Counted from the stretch's first letter, positions 8,202 through 17,339 are shown. The stretch is 19,114 nt of DNA from Oligoflexales bacterium (GCA_045105515.1 JBGCDR010000135.1:1-19114); one strand, 5' to 3'. Made by a program: numbers and translations. The notes: generated by a model from the letters alone, not told the origin.

Positions 8202-9776
8202 ATGATTAAGATGCTTTCTGTAACATTATTTTTTTTATTATATAGTTTTTCGACCCATGCATATTATCAACGCTTAGATCCTACTGAATTACCGTCTCAG
8301 TACTCTACTGCTAAAGACATTAAAAACCAATTTCTCAGGAATGCCATCGATAAAGGAGTCGTAGTAAGCTATTCTAAGGAGACAATTCAAACAGTTAATA
8401 AGTTTGCTAGCACCTCACTGGATTTTGAAGGCTTGAGCGATTTAACTCATCTGAAATTTGTGACCATTGACAACGATCATTCAAAAGATCTAGATCAAGC
8501 AATGTTTATCGAGTTTAGTGAGTCTCAAAAAAAATATACCCTATACTATGCAATTGCTGATGCCGCTTATTTTCTTAAGCCAGGATCTGAAATTGATATG
8601 CAGGCTGCTGATCGAGCTTTCACTACCTATCTTCCTGGCTTTGATATTCCGATTCTCCCTCGTCAGCTTAGTGAAGGTCTTTGCTCCTTAAATCCTCAGG
8701 AAAAGAGGCGTGCAATCGTTGTCATGGTAGAGTTCTCAGCAGATGGGAAGATTAGCAAGAAAGATTTTGCCCATGCAATTATAAGGAGTGTTGCTCAGCT
8801 TTCTTACCGGAAGGTGCAAGATTATTATGATCAGGGGCCTATTCATGAGTATGCTGGAACCGAGTTTCAAACGACCTTAGACAATCTTCAATCTCTTGGT
8901 TCAAAATTGGTGAAAAATGCGACAGCCCGTGGGGTGGTGGATTATTCTCCCACTGAATTAAGGATCGAACCAAGAGATAAGGATGGAAAAGCGGGTTACG
9001 ATATTATTCATTATAAGCGCTATCCAGTTGAACGCTATAATGAAAAAATATCGGTTACTGCCAATCAAATGGTTGCAGAGTATCTCCATGAGATGGGACT
9101 AAAATCTATTCATAGATACCATCCAAAAAGTGATGATTGGAAGTTTGCTAAAGCTAAGAGAAAGTTGAAAAATCTAATTAAAGGCACTTCTTTAAAAGGC
9201 CCGGTGCATAAGTATATTACTCGGATAACCACCCATCCTGCTCTTGATATCGCTTTAGGTATTATTTGTCGTATCAACGAAAAAGCTATCTATTCAGCTC
9301 AAGATGATGAACATGGGCATTTTGCGTTAAAGGTTGATCATTATGATCACTTTACTGCTCCTATGCGGAGGTATCAAGATGTCATCATTCATCGGATTCT
9401 ACTTGCAAGTATTAATAATGAATCGGTTCCTTACCAAACAAATGAAGCGAGTGTTCCTGAGTATTTGCGACATAGCTATATGGTTGAATATGCCGAATAT
9501 ATCACTGAAGTTGCTAAGCGTGAGGCCGAAATTGAACGAAAAAATGAGGATTTTGTTTCTTCACTTCTTTTGTACTCCCATAGAGATGAAAAGATATCTG
9601 CAAAAGTGAGTTATGTTTATAGTGGCAGCAAAGCTATGGTCTTGCCTAAAGGGCACTTAATTAAGCGCCTTGTATCAAATATTGGACAAGTTAAAGAAGG
9701 TGATATTTTAGATTTTGATTTGGAAGAGTCTGAAATTACAGACAACTTCATTTTGAATCTGATTGCGGCAGAATAG
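8202..9776 (+). CDS. RNase II/RNase R family (RNB domain) exoribonuclease with predicted signal peptide, lacking N-terminal cold-shock domains
   Basis: RNB motifs: DLTHLKFVTIDNDHSKDLDQA, AIADAAYF, RAFTTYLPG…PILPRQLSEGLCSL, HFAL…YDHFTAPMRRYQDVIIHRIL. Short S1-like C-terminus. N-terminus MIKMLSVTLFFLLYSFSTHA. AGGA upstream. Confidence 0.92.
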   Translation: MIKMLSVTLFFLLYSFSTHAYYQRLDPTELPSQYSTAKDIKNQFLRNAIDKGVVVSYSKETIQTVNKFASTSLDFEGLSDLTHLKFVTIDNDHSKDLDQAMFIEFSESQKKYTLYYAIADAAYFLKPGSEIDMQAADRAFTTYLPGFDIPILPRQLSEGLCSLNPQEKRRAIVVMVEFSADGKISKKDFAHAIIRSVAQLSYRKVQDYYDQGPIHEYAGTEFQTTLDNLQSLGSKLVKNATARGVVDYSPTELRIEPRDKDGKAGYDIIHYKRYPVERYNEKISVTANQMVAEYLHEMGLKSIHRYHPKSDDWKFAKAKRKLKNLIKGTSLKGPVHKYITRITTHPALDIALGIICRINEKAIYSAQDDEHGHFALKVDHYDHFTAPMRRYQDVIIHRILLASINNESVPYQTNEASVPEYLRHSYMVEYAEYITEVAKREAEIERKNEDFVSSLLLYSHRDEKISAKVSYVYSGSKAMVLPKGHLIKRLVSNIGQVKEGDILDFDLEESEITDNFILNLIAAE

Positions 9777-9920
9777 TATGATTTGCCACCGTAAAAAAGC
9801 CACTTGTACGAAATATCAGGCGTTTTATTCTCTATAGGGATAAGATGTGTCGCTTCCAATGCCCTTTTCTAATATAATTTAGCAATTAGCAATATTCTAG
9901 ATTTATTAGGAGAGGAAGAT

Positions 9921-10898
9921 ATGTCATATGAAAAGGCAAATCCAGCCCTTAGCAAGTTAATTATTTTTTTTATCCTTCTTCCAGGGTTTGCAGGTGCTGA
10001 GCCCTCGCATACCTCTTTAAGCTTAAGCAATGGCTCTCATGAAATATTTACTGAGCTATATGCTGATAATTCAGGCAAGAAAACTTCAGAAGTAGTTCTT
10101 TATATTACCGGGCAAGGTGATGCTATATCTATGTACGAATATTTGGTAAATGACTTCATTGATAAATTTGGCAGGGATATATTCTTATATGATGTAAGGG
10201 GACAAGGGAGATCGTCTGGAGCTCGTTGTCATATAGATGACTATAAAGATCACCTAGCAGACCTAGAAATTGTTATTAAACATATCATGAAATACTATGA
10301 GAAAATCCATATTGTTGCCCATTCGACAGGAGCTCTGATTGCTTCTCTATATGTATTAGAAGGGTTGGAATCAAGTGCAATAAAATCGTTGAGTCTTATT
10401 TCGCCTTTTTTTGGACTTGCAGGTCCTAGTATTTACCGAAAGTTTGCTGGATTTGCATCTAGGTTTGGTGCTAGCTCTTTAGGTTTAGGGCAAACTCAGG
10501 TTTTACCTTTCAATCCAGCAGTATATGTTTCCACTCGAAAAAATAATTTATTAACCCATGATCCAGAGTTTTATGAAAAGTTTAATGGGCATCCTGAAAA
10601 GTGTGGTACGCCTACATATTCATGGATACAAGCATCAATTTCCGCTCAGAAACGCTTGAAGGAGCTTAAACGCAAGGTTTCTATACCTTTTTTGATGCTT
10701 ACAGCTGGAGAAGATGGTGTTGTTTCCACGGAAAATGCAAAGCAACAGTGTGCTATATGGAATGAAGTAAATCAAGTTTCTTGTACTTATCATGAATATG
10801 AAGGGATGCGGCATGGTTTAATTTACGAAATCAAGGAAGTAAGAGAAGACCTTTATCATAAGATTGGTGAAATTTCACTAAATTCTTCATTAAAGTAA
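9921..10898 (+). CDS. Exported alpha/beta hydrolase, lysophospholipase L2 (PldB)/monoacylglycerol lipase-like
   Basis: DVRGQGRSSG; nucleophile elbow AHSTG; GTPTYSW; acid AGEDGVV; His GMRHGLIYE. Signal-peptide-like N-terminus ending FAGA. Strong RBS AGGAGAGG. Confidence 0.9.
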   Translation: MSYEKANPALSKLIIFFILLPGFAGAEPSHTSLSLSNGSHEIFTELYADNSGKKTSEVVLYITGQGDAISMYEYLVNDFIDKFGRDIFLYDVRGQGRSSGARCHIDDYKDHLADLEIVIKHIMKYYEKIHIVAHSTGALIASLYVLEGLESSAIKSLSLISPFFGLAGPSIYRKFAGFASRFGASSLGLGQTQVLPFNPAVYVSTRKNNLLTHDPEFYEKFNGHPEKCGTPTYSWIQASISAQKRLKELKRKVSIPFLMLTAGEDGVVSTENAKQQCAIWNEVNQVSCTYHEYEGMRHGLIYEIKEVREDLYHKIGEISLNSSLK

Positions 10899-10937
10899 TC
10901 TCTTTATTTTTAATACAACTTCTAATCATGAATTTAG

Positions 10938-12767
10938 CTAGATTTCTACATTACAAGCCTTTAATTTCTCTTCGTAGTTAGCTATTTCTTTTTGTCTTTC
11001 CCACATTGCAAAATATTCACCTTTTTGTTCCAGCAAGGTCTTGTGAGGGCCTTGCTCACTTATTTCTCCTTTTTTCAGTACGATGATATTATCTGCATGC
11101 ACGACAGTTGATAGTCTGTGAGCGATAATAATAGTCGTACGGTTTTTGCTTATGTCTTGTAATGCAGTTGCGATTTCTTTTTCAGTTTTTGTATCTAGCG
11201 CTGAGGTTGCTTCATCTAAGGCAAGGATAGGTGGATTTTTAAGGATCGTTCGGGCAATAGCTATCCGTTGTTTTTCTCCACCCGATAGTTTGAGGCCCCT
11301 CTCTCCCACCTGGGTTTCCATGCCTTCTTCTAAAGAATCGATGAAATTCATTATTTGTGCAGATTCCCCTGCTGTTCTTACTGCATCAATATTGGCATCA
11401 AGATCTCCGTACTGGATATTGTAGGCAATGGTGTCATTGAAAAGAACTGTATCTTGAGGGACGATGCCAATGTTTTTCCTTAATGAATCTTGATTAACAT
11501 CCTTTATTGACTGGCCGTCAATAATAATATCACCGGAATCTATTTCATAAAATCTAAATAAGAGTCGAACGATAGTAGACTTTCCAGAGCCTGTTTCTCC
11601 TACAATTGCAAGGGTTTGTCCAGGCTTAATTTTTAGGCTTAGGTCCTTCAATATTTGTCGGCTTTTGTTATAAGAGAAACAAACCTTTTTAAATTCAATG
11701 GTACCTTCTTTAACTTTAAGCTCTTCTGCGTCTTCTTTATCTAAGACTTCGGGGGTATTTTTTCTTACTGCCATCATCTTGTCCATATCAGTAAAACTTT
11801 GCTTCATCTGCCTATATACAAAGCCCAAAAAGTTGAGTGGTAGAAATAACTGCATCATGTAGGTATTAACCATGACAAACGATCCGATATCTTGCTCGCC
11901 TTTTTGTACATCTGAAAATGCCATATATAGGATTAAAACGGTTCCCAGAGCGATAATACCATTTTGTCCGGTATTGAGCAGGCTGAGAGAGTTTTGACTT
12001 TTTATTGCAGCAGATTCATAGGATCGTAAAGCTTTATCAAAACGACGGTATTCATTTGTTTCATTGTTGAAATATTTCACTGTTTCGAAATTAAGTAGGC
12101 TGTCTATAGCTTTTGTATTTGCTTTTTCATCGCTGCGGTTCATCGAACGTCTATATTTAAGCCTCCATTCAGTACAAATAAGGGTGAAGAGGCAGTAAGT
12201 GAAAACTGTGAAAAAGGTAACTGCAGCATAGGTCCAGTTGAAGTAATAACTTAATAAGATTGTTACAAAGAACAACTCAATAAAGGTTGGAACGATATTG
12301 AACAACATGAAAGAAAGTACAAATTGGATTGCTGAGGTGCCCCGTTCAATGACCCGTGATAATCCCCCAGTCTGTCTACTAAGATGATAGTTGAGGGAAA
12401 GTTTATGCAAGTGTTCAAAGGTCTCTAAAGCAATAGCTCTTTTGCTAGCCTGCGCAACCTTTGCAAATATAAAATCGCGTAGTTCGCCAAATGCCGATTG
12501 TGCAAATCTTACGCTGCCGTAAGCTAAGATCAAAAATATCATAAGGCTACTTCTGCTAGACTCGCTATTGAGCTCATTGATCATATCTTTGTAGAGGATA
12601 GGCAAGCCAGAACTTAGCGCTTTTGCAATAATTAGACACAGTAGGGCCAGTATCACTCGAATCTTTACACTGGCTTGTTTATCAGGCCAGATATAACGCC
12701 AGAGAGACTTTAAGGTGTGGAGATGATTTTGCTTCTCCTCGGAAGCGGCTTCTTCTTCTCGTTGCAC
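10938..12767 (-). CDS. atm1: ATM1/ABCB7-type ABC exporter (fused permease + ATPase)
   Basis: HLSRQTGGLSRVIERGT, AIDSLLNFETVKYFNNE, PLNFLGFVYR; Walker A GETGSGKST; Q-loop VPQDTVLFNDTI; signature LSGGEKQR; DEATSALD; IAHRLST. GTG start with AAAGGAGG RBS. Confidence 0.95.
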   Translation of the reverse strand: MQREEEAASEEKQNHLHTLKSLWRYIWPDKQASVKIRVILALLCLIIAKALSSGLPILYKDMINELNSESSRSSLMIFLILAYGSVRFAQSAFGELRDFIFAKVAQASKRAIALETFEHLHKLSLNYHLSRQTGGLSRVIERGTSAIQFVLSFMLFNIVPTFIELFFVTILLSYYFNWTYAAVTFFTVFTYCLFTLICTEWRLKYRRSMNRSDEKANTKAIDSLLNFETVKYFNNETNEYRRFDKALRSYESAAIKSQNSLSLLNTGQNGIIALGTVLILYMAFSDVQKGEQDIGSFVMVNTYMMQLFLPLNFLGFVYRQMKQSFTDMDKMMAVRKNTPEVLDKEDAEELKVKEGTIEFKKVCFSYNKSRQILKDLSLKIKPGQTLAIVGETGSGKSTIVRLLFRFYEIDSGDIIIDGQSIKDVNQDSLRKNIGIVPQDTVLFNDTIAYNIQYGDLDANIDAVRTAGESAQIMNFIDSLEEGMETQVGERGLKLSGGEKQRIAIARTILKNPPILALDEATSALDTKTEKEIATALQDISKNRTTIIIAHRLSTVVHADNIIVLKKGEISEQGPHKTLLEQKGEYFAMWERQKEIANYEEKLKACNVEI

Positions 12768-12862
12768 GGGACCTCCTTTGTTGTAATATCCCCAACAAGC
12801 CTAGCAAAAACATACATTAATGTCATGGATCACTCGGCGAAAGATAATTGCTGTGCTTCTTT

Positions 12863-12871
12863 TGATACAAT
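12863..12871 (+). promoter_or_regulatory. Possible extended -10 promoter element for the NERD-helicase gene
   Basis: TG-A-TACAAT in the divergent intergenic region; no clear -35. Confidence 0.3.
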
Positions 12872-12929
12872 AAAGAGACCATAAATCAGATTTATGAAAT
12901 TCCTTAGGTTCATGTGGGAAAGGTCGCCT

Positions 12930-14933
12930 GTGAAAATATATCCTGATACTAAAAAAACCAAGGTCATTTTTTCCAGCAGGGCAGAAGAGCTATTCTACAA
13001 TCTTTGCCGCACCACATTATCGCACCACTGGAAAGTCTACCATTCAGTTAATTTGTCTCAATTTGAGGGCGAGGATGGCCTTAAAGATAATGAAATGGAC
13101 TTTTTGCTTTACCATCCTCTCTATGGAATCTTTGTGGTCGAAGTTAAGGGTGGAAGGATCAAATATGAGGCAGAGCAACAGCAGTTTTACTCCTTGAATA
13201 GACATGGAGAGAGCTTCACCATTAAAGACCCTTTCAAGCAGGCTCTTGTTTGGAAAAGTCGATTCTTACGTCTGCTTAAAAAAAATCACCTAAAGGTGCC
13301 TGTAACCCACTTAGTTTGCTTTCCGTCGGTCACTGCAAAGGATTTTGCAAGCACTGCAGGAATCAATAGTGGTCTAATTATGGGGCGGGATGAAATTAAT
13401 GACATGGAACGTTATCTGAGTAAAACTGCAAAGATATCCCATCCGACACATTTTCTACAATTTCGTGATATTGGTACTGAGCTTGATGGTCTTCTTGTTG
13501 GTAAGAGTTTCACAAGCCGGCTATACATTAGAGATTACATTGATGGGCATGAGCTTAGGGTTCGTGATGTTGAAACAATTTATGATTCTCTAGTGACACC
13601 AATTACCAGCAGCCAAAAGCTTGGAGTTGAAGGCGAAGCTGGGACAGGTAAAACCATGCTGGCTCTACTTATTGCTAAACACTTCCGAGATTTAAGCAGA
13701 AAGGTACTGCTCCTATCGTCAAACCCAATTCTTAATTTATTTCTTAAGCAAGAAACAGGAAAAGGAATCGAGGTAGAAACCTATTCAGGAATTGCAGAAG
13801 CCCATGGTGTCAATCTATTAAACCCTCCTTCTGGTTATGAAGGGAGTCGCTCTGATTGGGTGCAGATTGATGGACCCGTATTGCTGAAAGATTCTATTGC
13901 AGCAGACTTGAGTGTTCCTCCTTACGATGCGATCATCTGCGATGAAGCTCAAGATGTTCAACCATTCTGGTGGGAAGCTTTTGAAGAATTACTTACTCCA
14001 GAGACAGGATGTCTGTATTTATTTTTTGACCGTTCACAGGGTATTTTTGGCTCTGGGGGTGCTGATCGTAAATTTAACCCCGATGATACCCTTCCGATCT
14101 CTCCACCTTTTTTCCCCCTCGTGCATAACTACAGGACTACTAGGGAAATAGCAGGTTTTGCCAGACCTTTTCGTACTGGCGCAACAGTTCTACAAAGTCA
14201 TTGTGGACGCCTTGGCTATAGTCCATCGCTGATTGTTTATAAAGATAAGGAAGATTGTATTAGGCAATTGGTCAAGGTGCTCCGAAACCTTACCCGTGAT
14301 GAAAAAATCAAAGCCGAAGAAATCACTCTACTTTCGGCTCGTGATCCGAGAAGTAGGGAATCTGTTTTATCGGGGCACGATGAAATTGCTAAATTTCCAC
14401 TTCATCGCCTAATTTTTCATAAAAAGAAGAAATGGAAGCAAACCAGGGCTCCTGCAGGGCACCTCTCAGTAGCAACTATCAGTGCTTTCAAAGGTTTAGA
14501 AACTAAGATCGGAATCCTTATTAACCTTAGTGAGTACAATTTGCCATTGAACAATCCAATTATGTCTAGCCTAGTCTATGTAGCCTGCACCAGGGCTAAG
14601 CATATGCTTTATATCTGTGTTAAAGAGGGAGATCCCAAGTTAAAAGAGCTTGAAGATGCCCTATCCCGAATTAAATCTGCAGGAGCACTTGTATTGGAAG
14701 GATCTGAACATGATTTTGAGTTTACTGGTAGAGTAAGTCACTACAACCCATCTCGTTGTGGATGGCTTACGGTGGAAGATGCTGCGTTTGAAAAAAGTAC
14801 GATTATGTTTTTTCCTTCAGATGTAGAAAAAAATGGATTGGCACATGAATTAAAAGTTGGGGTCAAATTAAAATTTAGACCCAAAGTGGAAGGTCCTATC
14901 ACCATCGCAAGTGATCTTAAGTTGGTGATCTGA
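12930..14933 (+). CDS. NERD nuclease / superfamily-1 (UvrD-like) helicase with C-terminal cold-shock-like OB domain
   Basis: NERD/PD-(D/E)xK motifs NEMDFLL…VVEVKGG and DPFKQA. Helicase: Walker A GEAGTGKT, Walker B ICDEAQD, NYRTTREI, motif V TISAFKGLE, motif VI YVACTRAK. Last ~70 aa are CSD-like. GTG at 12930 (GAAAGG upstream) is preferred; ATG at 12894 is the alternative. Confidence 0.9.
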   Translation: MKIYPDTKKTKVIFSSRAEELFYNLCRTTLSHHWKVYHSVNLSQFEGEDGLKDNEMDFLLYHPLYGIFVVEVKGGRIKYEAEQQQFYSLNRHGESFTIKDPFKQALVWKSRFLRLLKKNHLKVPVTHLVCFPSVTAKDFASTAGINSGLIMGRDEINDMERYLSKTAKISHPTHFLQFRDIGTELDGLLVGKSFTSRLYIRDYIDGHELRVRDVETIYDSLVTPITSSQKLGVEGEAGTGKTMLALLIAKHFRDLSRKVLLLSSNPILNLFLKQETGKGIEVETYSGIAEAHGVNLLNPPSGYEGSRSDWVQIDGPVLLKDSIAADLSVPPYDAIICDEAQDVQPFWWEAFEELLTPETGCLYLFFDRSQGIFGSGGADRKFNPDDTLPISPPFFPLVHNYRTTREIAGFARPFRTGATVLQSHCGRLGYSPSLIVYKDKEDCIRQLVKVLRNLTRDEKIKAEEITLLSARDPRSRESVLSGHDEIAKFPLHRLIFHKKKKWKQTRAPAGHLSVATISAFKGLETKIGILINLSEYNLPLNNPIMSSLVYVACTRAKHMLYICVKEGDPKLKELEDALSRIKSAGALVLEGSEHDFEFTGRVSHYNPSRCGWLTVEDAAFEKSTIMFFPSDVEKNGLAHELKVGVKLKFRPKVEGPITIASDLKLVI

Positions 14934-14951
14934 ATTTCCTTAGGGGAAGAA

Positions 14952-15007
14952 ATACCCCCCAGAGCAACCTGCTTCTGGCAGAATAAGGTTTTGTTGTTGG
15001 GGGGCAT
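14952..15007. terminator. Long imperfect hairpin between convergent genes, probable terminator/stabilising stem
   Basis: CCCCCC (14955-60) pairs with GGGGGG (14999-15004), with inner AACCT/AGGTT and TTCT/AGAA stems. On the minus strand the stem is followed by TATTTCTT. Confidence 0.5.
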
Positions 15008-15041
15008 ACGAGTGAGTAGAAGCTAAGTATTTCAGGTTTCA

Positions 15042-17255
15042 CTAGTATAATGAATAAAGCATCTCACGATATTTGGGTAGTGACCATAGGTGGTCATCAA
15101 CATGTAACTCTAACCAATTTGAAGTTATGTTGACTTCCTCCATGATTTTTACACCATCTTCTGCCAGCACGTGGCCTAGAGCGGTTTCGTCATCTGTTGC
15201 CTCTGTTTTGGCTATCAGACTACTTAGCTTATCACGCCCAGTTATGAGTTCATCCACCTTAGCGACGAATTTACGATAAAATTCCTTTTGTACTTGAGAA
15301 GCTTTACCCAATACTTCGTCTTGATAGTCTAGACTTTGACCTAAAACCTGAAGTTGAAGTTGAGCTGCGGGCAGAACATGACTTGAAATAAGGTCTTCTT
15401 GGCACTTAAGCTCGATAATTTTTTTAAGGTTGTATTCCTCAATGAGAACATTGTATCGAGAAACCAATTCATTTTGGCTCTTGTAAATACCCTGCTCAAT
15501 TAGCATTGATTGGGTTTTTTCGTCCTTCAGTACGGAAAGCGCTTGAGGAGTGTTAATGAGGTTAGGTAAGCCACGCTTTTCAGCCTCTTGTCGCCAATCC
15601 TCCGAATATCCATCCCCTTCGAATAGGATATTCTTAGTAGCGAGATAGGTGTCTTTAATTACTTCAATGATATCTTGCTTGCTCGGAGTTCCGTTGCTTG
15701 CTTTGGATTTTAGTAGCGCATTCATTTCTTTCAAAGACTCTGAAACTGCTGCATTCAGGTAGGTAATTGACTTACTTATGCTTTGACTAGCACCTAAAGC
15801 CCTAAACTCAAATTTATTACCAGTAAATGCGAAAGGGGAAGTGCGGTTGCGATCAGTATTGTCTTTGGCTATAATTGGAATCTTCGATAAGTCTAGTTGA
15901 ATCTCTTGTTCTGCGGTTTTAGGAGATTTTTCATATGCGATAGCATCATAAATTCCCGTTAGGGTTTCACCTAAGAAAACACTCATGATAGCCGGGGGAG
16001 CTTCGTTTGCGCCTAATCGGTAGTCATTACCGGCGGATGCTACACTACTTCTCAGCAAGCCACCCCAATCATGAACAGCCTTGATTACTGCTGTTAAGAA
16101 GTAGAGAAAACGAATATTTTCAGCAGGGTGTTCGCCTGGGTTAAGCAGATTGACGCCTTCTTCCGTGGCGAGTGACCAGTTTAAATGTTTCCCCGATCCA
16201 TTGATATCTGCAAACGGTTTTTCGTGGAAAAGTGCTACAAGACCATGACGGCTTGCGACTACTTTGCTTACTTCCATAACTAGTTGATTATGGTCAGTCG
16301 CCAAATTTGCAACTTCGAAAATAGGTGCACTTTCGCACTGACCGGGGGCAACTTCATTGTGGCGAGTTTTGCATGGAACTCCGAGCCTGTAGAGTTCATA
16401 CTCACATTCCATCATAAAATTTAGAACTCTTTGTTTGATCGCACCGAAGTAATGATCTGCCAATTGCTGGTGTTTCGGAGGAACTCGGCCAATGATTGCT
16501 CGGCCACTTTCAACCAGGTCGGGTCTTAGGTCACCAAGGGAGCGATCGACGACAAAGTATTCTTGCTCAGGCCCGCATGTACTAACAACGTGTCCATCTT
16601 TTTCTTCACCCAATAGTTGCAAAGCTTCCTCGGCGTATTGGCTTACCGAAGAAAGAGAACAAAGAAGCGGAGTTTTCTCATCGAGAGATTCTCCCGAATA
16701 AGAAATAAAGATAGATGGAATACAAAGGGTTAAACCATTCTTTGTTTCCACAAGGAACATGGGTGAACTAGCATCCCATGCTGTATAACCCCTGGCTTCA
16801 AAGGTCGAGCGTAGGCCTCCACTAGGGAAGCTGGAAGCATCGGGTTCTTGCTGCATCAGTTCGGTGCCAGTAAACTTTTCAATAGGTGTGTCGTCTTTAC
16901 CGAAAGACAAGAAAGAATCATGTTTTTCAGCAGTTGCACCTGTTTGTGGTTGGAACCAATGGCAATAGTGGGTTGCACCTTTTGATAAGGCCCAGTGTTT
17001 GACAGCGGCTGCAACCCGGTCAGCGAGTTCGGGTGTGACACGCTTTTTACCTCTTGGGGCAGCTCTTAATACTGCCAAGTCCTGGTCAGGGAGAGCATTT
17101 TTCATCATGTCCCAACCGAAGGTATTACAGGCGAAATACTCAGACACTGGAGTTTGAGTGCCATCCTCTTTGAGGGGTTTGTCGAATCTGCGGAGCGTCC
17201 GACTGTTTGTTTTTTGTATGGCTAGTCTTCGGGCTGCTGATCGAGAGTTATCCAC
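15042..17255 (-). CDS. glnN: Glutamine synthetase type III
   Basis: 737 aa. GATHYCHWFQP…AEKHDSF, EPDASSFPSGGLRSTFEARGYTAWD, RHNEVAPGQ, HEKPFADINGSGKH, RLGANEAPPAI, DRNRTSPFAFTGNKFEFRA, LPKYREML. GTG start with AGAGG RBS. Confidence 0.97.
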   Translation of the reverse strand: MDNSRSAARRLAIQKTNSRTLRRFDKPLKEDGTQTPVSEYFACNTFGWDMMKNALPDQDLAVLRAAPRGKKRVTPELADRVAAAVKHWALSKGATHYCHWFQPQTGATAEKHDSFLSFGKDDTPIEKFTGTELMQQEPDASSFPSGGLRSTFEARGYTAWDASSPMFLVETKNGLTLCIPSIFISYSGESLDEKTPLLCSLSSVSQYAEEALQLLGEEKDGHVVSTCGPEQEYFVVDRSLGDLRPDLVESGRAIIGRVPPKHQQLADHYFGAIKQRVLNFMMECEYELYRLGVPCKTRHNEVAPGQCESAPIFEVANLATDHNQLVMEVSKVVASRHGLVALFHEKPFADINGSGKHLNWSLATEEGVNLLNPGEHPAENIRFLYFLTAVIKAVHDWGGLLRSSVASAGNDYRLGANEAPPAIMSVFLGETLTGIYDAIAYEKSPKTAEQEIQLDLSKIPIIAKDNTDRNRTSPFAFTGNKFEFRALGASQSISKSITYLNAAVSESLKEMNALLKSKASNGTPSKQDIIEVIKDTYLATKNILFEGDGYSEDWRQEAEKRGLPNLINTPQALSVLKDEKTQSMLIEQGIYKSQNELVSRYNVLIEEYNLKKIIELKCQEDLISSHVLPAAQLQLQVLGQSLDYQDEVLGKASQVQKEFYRKFVAKVDELITGRDKLSSLIAKTEATDDETALGHVLAEDGVKIMEEVNITSNWLELHVDDHLWSLPKYREMLYSLY

Positions 17256-17297
17256 AAGAACCTCTTGCTATATGCTGGGTTAATCTTAAACATTGGC

Positions 17298-17339
17298 AGT
17301 TTACCAAACAATCTAAAGTATCAAACTCATTTTTTTTTA
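17298..17339 (-). promoter_or_regulatory. Possible sigma-70 promoter for glutamine synthetase
   Basis: Minus strand: an A-tract (UP-element-like), then TTGATA, 15 nt, then TAAACT preceded by TG (extended -10), about 43 bp above the start. The spacer is short, so this is tentative. Confidence 0.3.

Noticed and set aside
8202..14933. The helicase's cold-shock domain complementing the CSD-less RNase as a split degradosome
   Set aside because: The RNase appears exported while the helicase has no signal peptide, and the genes are separated by an oppositely oriented transporter.
1072..17041. Short ORFs overlapping real genes (1072-1311, 1806-2066, 2357-2713, 5453-5635, 6588-6824, 7256-7903, 9334-9609, 9617-9859, 11146-11424, 13912-14151, 14741-15007, 15073-15279, 16492-16701, 16856-17041)
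   Set aside because: Antisense or alternate-frame shadows of well-supported CDSs, with no motifs of their own.
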